Source of the DNA: Auanema rhodensis
Lineage: Eukaryota; Animalia; Nematoda
DNA length: 64,000 nucleotides
Assembly (NCBI GenBank): GCA_964057225.1
Contig: OZ059895.1
Span: 22,630,001 to 22,694,000, forward strand
Direction of reading: 5' to 3'
The notes under the pieces were generated by a model. That model saw only the letters and a list, made by a program, of their open reading frames with translations, was not told where the DNA came from and ran no database searches. The position numbers were made by a program, and so were the translations under genes. Positions 54,314-64,000 of this stretch are shown piece by piece; the first letter of the stretch is position 1, and every line of letters begins with the position of its first letter.

Positions 54314-56419
54314 TCGTTGAATAACAATGTCCATCGTCTTTGCCTTGAAAAAAGGAATCTAAAAACATCTACTTTTTGCTAAATTATTTTGAAATTTTTC
54401 GAAAAAATTTTTGTCAAAATGTTTTTGGAAGCAATGTTGAGTGTACATGGAAACTCAACATACACTAATGCATCATTTTTCAAACGATCATAACTAATTT
54501 TTGTATTAAGCGTTTCTCAATGTAGTATAGTGCATTCGATGCGGATTTTCAAGCTGCGTCGTTCTGTGTTATCAGATTTGCGCTAGCTTAAAAATGCACC
54601 GAGATATCAACTGATATAAGTTCACACTTATATCCTCGATTTTCACCCTGAAGAATTAATTTTTTCGTTGAATAACAATGTCCATCGTCTTTGCCTTGAA
54701 AAAAGAAATCTAAAAACATCTACTTTTTGCTAAATTATTTTGAAATTTTTCGAAAAAATTTTTGTCAAAATGTTTTTAGAAGCAATGTTGAGTGTACATG
54801 GAAACTCAACATACACTAATGCATCATTTTTCAAACGATCATAACTAATTTTTGTATTAAGCGTTTCTCAATGTAGTATAGTGCATTCGATGCGGATTTT
54901 TAAGCTGCGTCGATCTGTGTTATCAGATTTGCGCTAGCTTAAAAATGCACCGAGATATCAACTGATATATGTTCACACTTATATCCTCGATTTTCACCCT
55001 GAAGAATTAATTTTTTCGTTGAATAACAATGTCCATCGTCTTTGCTTTGAAAAAAGGAATCTAAAAACATCTACTTTTTGCTAAATTATTTTGAAATTTT
55101 TCGAAAAAATTTTTGTCAAAATGTTTTTGGAAGCAATGTTGAGTGTACATGGAAACTCAACATACACTAATGCATCATTTTTCAAACGATCATAACTAAT
55201 TTTCGTATTAAGCGTTTCTCAATGTAGTATAGTGCATTCGATGCGGATTTTTAAGCTGCGTCGATCTGTGTTATCAGATTTGCGCTAGCTTAAAAATGCA
55301 CCGAGATATCAACTGATATATGTTCACACTTATATCCTCGATTTTCACCCTGAAGAATTAATTTTTTCGTTGAATAACAATGTCCATCGTCTTTGCCTTG
55401 AAAAAAGGAATCTAAAAACATCTACTTTTTGCTAAATTATTTTGAAATTTTTCGAAAAAATTTTTGTCAAAATGTTTTTGGAAGCAATGTTGAGTGTACA
55501 TGGAAACTCAACATACACTAATGCATCATTTTTCAAACGATCATAACTAATTTTTGTATTAAGCGTTTCTCAATGTAGTATAGTGCATTCGATGCGGATT
55601 TTCAAGCTGCGTCGTTCTGTGTTATCAGATTTGCGCTAGCTTAAAAATGCACCGAGATATCAACTGATATAAGTTCACACTTATATCCTCGATTTTCACC
55701 CTGAAGAATTAATTTTTTCGTTGAATAACAATGTCCATCGTCTTTGCCTTGAAAAAAGAAATCTAAAAACATCTACTTTTTGCTAAATTATTTTGAAATT
55801 TTTCGAAAAAATTTTTGTCAAAATGTTTTTAGAAGCAATGTTGAGTGTACATGGAAACTCAACATACACTAATGCATCATTTTTCAAACGATCATAACTA
55901 ATTTTTGTATTAAGCGTTTCTCAATGTAGTATAGTGCATTCGATGCGGATTTTTAAGCTGCGTCGATCTGTGTTATCAGATTTGCGCTAGCTTAAAAATG
56001 CACCGAGATATCAACTGATATATGTTCACACTTATATCCTCGATTTTCACCCTGAAGAATTAATTTTTTCGTTGAATAACAATGTCCATCGTCTTTGCTT
56101 TGAAAAAAGGAATCTAAAAACATCTACTTTTTGCTAAATTATTTTGAAATTTTTCGAAAAAATTTTTGTCAAAATGTTTTTGGAAGCAATGTTGAGTGTA
56201 CATGGAAACTCAACATACACTAATGCATCATTTTTCAAACGATCATAACTAATTTTCGTATTAAGCGTTTCTCAATGTAGTATAGTGCATTCGATGCGGA
56301 TTTTTAAGCTGCGTCGATCTGTGTTATCAGATTTGCGCTAGCTTAAAAATGCACCGAGATATCAACTGATATATGTTCACACTTATATCCTCGATTTTCA
56401 CCCTGAAGAATTAATTTTT
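54314..56419. repeat. Exact trimeric (1053 bp) tandem duplication
   Basis: 54314-55366 matches 55367-56419, including private variants T237C and C31T. Confidence 0.9.
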
Positions 56420-59400
56420 TCGTTGAATAACAATGTCCATCGTCTTTGCCTTGAAAAAAGGAATCTAAAAACATCTACTTTTTGCTAAATTATTTTGAAA
56501 TTTTTCGAAAAAATTTTTGTCAAAATGTTTTTGGAAGCAATGTTGAGTGTACATGGAAACTCAACATACACTAATGCATCATTTTTCAAACGATCATAAC
56601 TAATTTTTGTATTAAGCGTTTCTCAATGTAGTATAGTGCATTCGATGCGGATTTTTAAGCTGCGTCGTTCTGTGTTATCAGATTTGCGCTAGCTTAAAAA
56701 TGCACCGAGATATCAACTGATATAAGTTCACACTTATATCCTCGATTTTCACCCTGAAGAATTAATTTTTTCGTTGAATAACAATGTCCATCGTCTTTGC
56801 CTTGAAAAAAGAAATCTAAAAACATCTACTTTTTGCTAAATTATTTTGAAATTTTTCGAAAAAATTTTTGTCAAAATGTTTTTAGAAGCAATGTTGAGTG
56901 TACATGGAAACTCAACATACACTAATGCATCATTTTTCAAACGATCATAACTAATTTTTGTATTAAGCGTTTCTCAATGTAGTATAGTGCATTCGATGCG
57001 GATTTTTAAGCTGCAATGATCTGTGTTATCAGATTTGCGCTAGCTTAAAAATGCACCGAGATATCAACTGATATAAGTTCACACTTATATCCTCGATTTT
57101 CACCCTGAAGAATTAATTTTTTCGTTGAATAACAATGTCCATCGTCTTTGCCTTGAAAAAAGAAATCTAAAAACATCTACTTTTTGCTAAATTATTTTGA
57201 AATTTTTCGAAAAAATTTTTGTCAAAATGTTTTTGGAAGCAATGTTGAGTGTACATGGAAACTCAACATACACTAATGCATCATTTTTCAAACGATCATA
57301 ACTAATTTTTGTATTAAGCGTTTCTCAATGTAGTATAGTGCATTCGATGCGGATTTTTAAGCTGCAATGATCTGTGTTATCAGATTTGCGCTAGCTTAAA
57401 AATGCACCGAGATATCAACTGATATATGTTCACACTTATATCCTCGATTTTCACCCTGAAGAATTAATTTTTTCGTTGAATAACAATGTCCATCGTCTTT
57501 GCCTTGAAAAAAGGAATCTAAAAACATCTACTTTTCGCTAAATTATTTTGAAATTTTTCGAAAAAATTTTTGTCAAAATGTTTTTGGAAGCAATGTTGAG
57601 TGTACATGGAAACTCAACATACACTAATGCATCATTTTTCAAACGATCATAACTAATTTTCGTATTAAGCGTTTCTCAATGTAGTATAGTGCATTCGATG
57701 CGGATTTTTAAGCTGCGTCGATCTGTGTTATCAGATTTGCGCTAGCTTAAAAATGCACCGAGATATCAACTGATATATGTTCACACTTATATCCTCGATT
57801 TTCACCCTGAAGAATTAATTTTTTCGTTGAATAACAATGTCCATCGTCTTTGCCTTGAAAAAACAAATCTAAAAACATCTACTTTTTGCTAAATTATTTT
57901 GAAATTTTTCGAAAAAATTTTTGTCAAAATGTTTTTGGAAGCAATGTTGAGTGTACATGGAAACTCAACATACACTAATGCATCATTTTTCAAACGATCA
58001 TAACTAATTTTTGTATTAAGCGTTTCTCAATGTAGTATAGTGCATTCGATGCGGATTTTTAAGCTGCGTCGATCTGTTTTATCAGATTTGCGCTAGCTTA
58101 AAAATGCACCGAGATATCAACTGATATAAGTTCACACTTATATCCTCGATTTTCACCCTGAAGAATTAATTTTTTCGTTGAATAACAATGTCCATCGTCT
58201 TTGCCTTGAAAAAAGGAATCTAAAAACATCTACTTTTCGCTAAATTATTTTGAAATTTTTCGAAAAAATTTTTGTCAAAATGTTTTTGGAAGCAATGTTG
58301 AGTGTACATGGAAACTCAACATACACTAATGCATCATTTTTCAAACGATCATAACTAATTTTCGTATTAAGCGTTTCTCAATGTAGTATAGTGCATTCGA
58401 TGCGGATTTTTAAGCTGCGTCGATCTGTGTTATCAGATTTGCGCTAGCTTAAAAATGCACCGAGATATCAACTGATATATGTTCACACTTATATCCTCGA
58501 TTTTCACCCTGAAGAATTAATTTTTTCGTTGAATAACAATGTCCATCGTCTTTGCCTTGAAAAAAGGAATCTAAAAACATCTACTTTTTGCTAAATTATT
58601 TTGAAATTTTTCGAAAAAATTTTTGTCAAAATGTTTTTGGAAGCAATGTTGAGTGTACATGGAAACTCAACATACACTAATGCATCATTTTTCAAACGAT
58701 CATAACTAATTTTTGTATTAAGCGTTTCTCAATGTAGTATAGTGCATTCGATGCGGATTTTTAAGCTGCGTCGATCTGTTTTATCAGATTTGCGCTAGCT
58801 TAAAAATGCACCGAGATATCAACTGATATAAGTTCACACTTATATCCTCGATTTTCACCCTGAAGAATTAATTTTTTCGTTGAATAACAATGTCCATCGT
58901 CTTTGCCTTGAAAAAAGGAATCTAAAAACATCTACTTTTCGCTAAATTATTTTGAAATTTTTCGAAAAAATTTTTGTCAAAATGTTTTTGGAAGCAATGT
59001 TGAGTGTACATGGAAACTCAACATACACTAATGCATCATTTTTCAAACGATCATAACTAATTTTCGTATTAAGCGTTTCTCAATGTAGTATAGTGCATTC
59101 GATGCGGATTTTTAAGCTGCGTCGATCTGTGTTATCAGATTTGCGCTAGCTTAAAAATGCACCGAGATATCAACTGATATATGTTCACACTTATATCCTC
59201 GATTTTCACCCTGAAGAATTAATTTTTTCGTTGAATAACAATGTCCATCGTCTTTGCCTTGAAAAAAGGAATCTAAAAACATCTACTTTTTGCTAAATTA
59301 TTTTGAAATTTTTCGAAAAAATTTTTGTCAAAATGTTTTTGGAAGCAATGTTGAGTGTACATGGAAACTCAACATACACTAATGCATCATTTTTCAAACG

Positions 59401-62400
59401 ATCATAACTAATTTTTGTATTAAGCGTTTCTCAATGTAGTATAGTGCATTCGATGCGGATTTTTAAGCTGCGTCGTTCTGTGTTATCAGATTTGCGCTAG
59501 CTTAAAAATGCACCGAGATATCAACTGATATAAGTTCACACTTATATCCTCGATTTTCACCCTGAAGAATTAATTTTTTCGTTGAATAACAATGTCCATC
59601 GTCTTTGCCTTGAAAAAAGAAATCTAAAAACATCTACTTTTTGCTAAATTATTTTGAAATTTTTCGAAAAAATTTTTGTCAAAATGTTTTTAGAAGCAAT
59701 GTTGAGTGTACATGGAAACTCAACATACACTAATGCATCATTTTTCAAACGATCATAACTAATTTTTGTATTAAGCGTTTCTCAATGTAGTATAGTGCAT
59801 TCGATGCGGATTTTTAAGCTGCAATGATCTGTGTTATCAGATTTGCGCTAGCTTAAAAATGCACCGAGATATCAACTGATATAAGTTCACACTTATATCC
59901 TCGATTTTCACCCTGAAGAATTAATTTTTTCGTTGAATAACAATGTCCATCGTCTTTGCCTTGAAAAAAGAAATCTAAAAACATCTACTTTTTGCTAAAT
60001 TATTTTGAAATTTTTCGAAAAAATTTTTGTCAAAATGTTTTTTGAAGCAATGTTGAGTGTACATGGAAACTCAACATACACTAATGCATCATTTTTCAAA
60101 CGATCATAACTAATTTTTGTATTAAGCGTTTCTCAATGTAGTATAGTGCATTCGATGCAGATTTTTAAGCTGCGTCGATCTGTGTTATCAGATTTGCGCT
60201 AGCTTAAAAATGCACCGAGATATCAACTGATATATGTTCACACTTATATCCTCGATTTTCACCCTGAAGAATTAATTTTTTCGTTGAATAACAATGTCCA
60301 TCGTCTTTGCCTTGAAAAAAGGAATCTAAAAACATCTACTTTTTGCTAAATTATTTTGAAATTTTTCGAAAAAATTTTTGTCAAAATGTTTTTGGAAGCA
60401 ATGTTGAGTGTACATGGAAACTCAACATACACTAATGCATCATTTTTCAAACGATCATAACTAATTTTTGTATTAAGCGTTTCTCAATGTAGTATAGTGC
60501 ATTCGATGCGGATTTTTAAGCTGCGTCGATCTGTTTTATCAGATTTGCGCTAGCTTAAAAATGCACCGAGATATCAACTGATATAAGTTCACACTTATAT
60601 CCTCGATTTTCACTCTGAAGAATTAATTTTTTCGTTGAATAACAATGTCCATCGTCTTTGCCTTGAAAAAACAAATCTAAAAACATCTACTTTTTGCTAA
60701 ATTATTTTGAAATTTTTCGAAAAAATTTTTGTCAAAATGTTTTTGGAAGCAATGTTGAGTGTACATGGAAACTCAACATACACTAATGCATCATTTTTCA
60801 AACGATCATAACTAATTTTTGTATTAAGCGTTTCTCAATGTAGTATAGTGCATTCGATGCGGATTTTTAAGCTGCGTCGATCTGTTTTATCAGATTTGCG
60901 CTAGCTTAAAAATGCACCGAGATATCAACTGATATAAGTTCACACTTATATCCTCGATTTTCACCCTGAAGAATTAATTTTTTCGTTGAATAACAATGTC
61001 CATCGTCTTTGCCTTGAAAAAAGGAATCTAAAAACATCTACTTTTCGCTAAATTATTTTGAAATTTTTCGAAAAAATTTTTGTCAAAATGTTTTTGGAAG
61101 CAATGTTGAGTGTACATGGAAACTCAACATACACTAATGCATCATTTTTCAAACGATCATAACTAATTTTCGTATTAAGCGTTTCTCAATGTAGTATAGT
61201 GCATTCGATGCGGATTTTTAAGCTGCGTCGATCTGTGTTATCAGATTTGCGCTAGCTTAAAAATGCACCGAGATATCAACTGATATATGTTCACACTTAT
61301 ATCCTCGATTTTCACCCTGAAGAATTAATTTTTTCGTTGAATAACAATGTCCATCGTCTTTGCCTTGAAAAAAGGAATCTAAAAACATCTACTTTTTGCT
61401 AAATTATTTTGAAATTTTTCGAAAAAATTTTTGTCAAAATGTTTTTGGAAGCAATGTTGAGTGTACATGGAAACTCAACATACACTAATGCATCATTTTT
61501 CAAACGATCATAACTAATTTTTGTATTAAGCGTTTCTCAATGTAGTATAGTGCATTCGATGCGGATTTTTAAGCTGCGTCGATCTGTGTTATCAGATTTG
61601 CGCTAGCTTAAAAATGCACCGAGATATCAACTGATATATGTTCACACTTATATCCTCGATTTTCACCCTGAAGAATTAATTTTTTCGTTGAATAACAATG
61701 TCCATCGTCTTTGCCTTGAAAAAAGGAATCTAAAAACATCTACTTTTTGCTAAATTATTTTGAAATTTTTCGAAAAAATTTTTGTCAAAATGTTTTTGGA
61801 AGCAATGTTGAGTGTACATGGAAACTCAACATACACTAATGCATCATTTTTCAAACGATCATAACTAATTTTTGTATTAAGCGTTTCTCAATGTAGTATA
61901 GTGCATTCGATGCGGATTTTTAAGCTGCGTCGATCTGTTTTATCAGATTTGCGCTAGCTTAAAAATGCACCGAGATATCAACTGATATAAGTTCACACTT
62001 ATATCCTCGATTTTCACCCTGAAGAATTAATTTTTTCGTTGAATAACAATGTCCATCGTCTTTGCCTTGAAAAAAGGAATCTAAAAACATCTACTTTTCG
62101 CTAAATTATTTTGAAATTTTTCGAAAAAATTTTTGTCAAAATGTTTTTGGAAGCAATGTTGAGTGTACATGGAAACTCAACATACACTAATGCATCATTT
62201 TTCAAACGATCATAACTAATTTTCGTATTAAGCGTTTCTCAATGTAGTATAGTGCATTCGATGCGGATTTTTAAGCTGCGTCGATCTGTGTTATCAGATT
62301 TGCGCTAGCTTAAAAATGCACCGAGATATCAACTGATATATGTTCACACTTATATCCTCGATTTTCACCCTGAAGAATTAATTTTTTCGTTGAATAACAA

Positions 62401-64000
62401 TGTCCATCGTCTTTGCCTTGAAAAAAGGAATCTAAAAACATCTACTTTTTGCTAAATTATTTTGAAATTTTTCGAAAAAATTTTTGTCAAAATGTTTTTG
62501 GAAGCAATGTTGAGTGTACATGGAAACTCAACATACACTAATGCATCATTTTTCAAACGATCATAACTAATTTTTGTATTAAGCGTTTCTCAATGTAGTA
62601 TAGTGCATTCGATGCGGATTTTTAAGCTGCAATGATCTGTGTTATCAGATTTGCGCTAGCTTAAAAATGCACCGAGATATCAACTGATATAAGTTCACAC
62701 TTATATCCTCGATTTTCACCCTGAAGAATTAATTTTTTCGTTGAATAACAATGTCCATCGTCTTTGCCTTGAAAAAAGAAATCTAAAAACATCTACTTTT
62801 TGCTAAATTATTTTGAAATTTTTCGAAAAAATTTTTGTCAAAATGTTTTTGGAAGCAATGTTGAGTGTACATGGAAACTCAACATACACTAATGCATCAT
62901 TTTTCAAACGATCATAACTAATTTTTGTATTAAGCGTTTCTCAATGTAGTATAGTGCATTCGATGCAGATTTTTAAGCTGCGTCGATCTGTGTTATCAGA
63001 TTTGCGCTAGCTTAAAAATGCACCGAGATATCAACTGATATATGTTCACACTTATATCCTCGATTTTCACCCTGAAGAATTAATTTTTTCGTTGAATAAC
63101 AATGTCCATCGTCTTTGCCTTGAAAAAAGGAATCTAAAAACATCTACTTTTTGCTAAATTATTTTGAAATTTTTCGAAAAAATTTTTGTCAAAATGTTTT
63201 TGGAAGCAATGTTGAGTGTACATGGAAACTCAACATACACTAATGCATCATTTTTCAAACGATCATAACTAATTTTTGTATTAAGCGTTTCTCAACGTAG
63301 TATAGTGCATTCGATGCGGATTTTTAAGCTGCGTCGATCTGTTTTATCAGATTTGCGCTAGCTTAAAAATGCACCGAGATATCAACTGATATAAGTTCAC
63401 ACTTATATCCTCGATTTTCACTCTGAAGAATTAATTTTTTCGTTGAATAACAATGTCCATCGTCTTTGCCTTGAAAAAACAAATCTAAAAACATCTACTT
63501 TTTGCTAAATTATTTTGAAATTTTTCGAAAAAATTTTTGTCAAAATGTTTTTGGAAGCAATGTTGAGTGTACATGGAAACTCAACATACACTAATGCATC
63601 ATTTTTCAAACGATCATAACTAATTTTTGTATTAAGCGTTTCTCAATGTAGTATAGTGCATTCGATGCGGATTTTTAAGCTGCGTCGATCTGTTTTATCA
63701 GATTTGCGCTAGCTTAAAAATGCACCGAGATATCAACTGATATAAGTTCACACTTATATCCTCGATTTTCACCCTGAAGAATTAATTTTTTCGTTGAATA
63801 ACAATGTCCATCGTCTTTGCCTTGAAAAAAGGAATCTAAAAACATCTACTTTTCGCTAAATTATTTTGAAATTTTTCGAAAAAATTTTTGTCAAAATGTT
63901 TTTGGAAGCAATGTTGAGTGTACATGGAAACTCAACATACACTAATGCATCATTTTTCAAACGATCATAACTAATTTTCGTATTAAGCGTTTCTCAATGT

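Larger units (their letters stand above)
1..64000. repeat. Satellite-DNA tandem array, 351-bp monomer, ~182.6 copies, head-to-tail, running off both window ends
   Basis: The unit start TCGTTGAATAAC recurs at 1, 352, 703 and keeps exact 351 phase (7021, 14041, 21061, 28081, 35101) to the monomer at 35803. Phase shifts by -1 after ~35884 and by a further -91 after 54169. Last full unit 63440-63790. Consensus has 110 G+C in 351 bp. Confidence 0.99.
35991..64000. repeat. Subfamily/domain B of the array (T14A, ACAATGT, fixed in every unit from 36153)
   Basis: Recurrent markers G42A, GG41-42CA, T64C, G114A, C220T, G230A, GTC245-247AAT, A249T, G255T and A306T were seen only here. T189C occurs here plus one copy at 32130. 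Confidence 0.9.

Noticed and set aside
1-64000. CRISPR array or prokaryotic repeat system
   Set aside because: No unique spacers; the entire 351-bp unit repeats, and there are no cas or other genes.

Overview
The whole 64-kb window is one uninterrupted head-to-tail tandem array of an AT-rich (~31% GC, counted by hand) 351-bp monomer: 182 units plus a final partial unit (63791-64000), all in one orientation. Units differ from the consensus by only ~0-6 substitutions. I see no credible gene, RNA gene, transposon insertion or CRISPR array. The two 63-aa ORFs arise from a single stop-removing SNP in two adjacent monomers. This looks like eukaryotic satellite DNA, possibly (peri)centromeric, but I cannot assign species or family without a search. 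The interesting structure is in the variant pattern: (i) a sharp switch near 35.9-36.2 kb between two subfamilies with almost disjoint diagnostic SNPs; (ii) many young higher-order repeats and block duplications (2-, 3-, 4-, 6-, 7-, 8- and 11-monomer offsets); (iii) only two indels in 64 kb (1 bp at ~35884 and 91 bp at 54169/54170); (iv) a monomer packed with inverted repeats. Variant names use monomer coordinates, with monomer position 1 = window position 1. Variants were called by eye, so singletons may have been missed. I found no protein-encoded novel system here.
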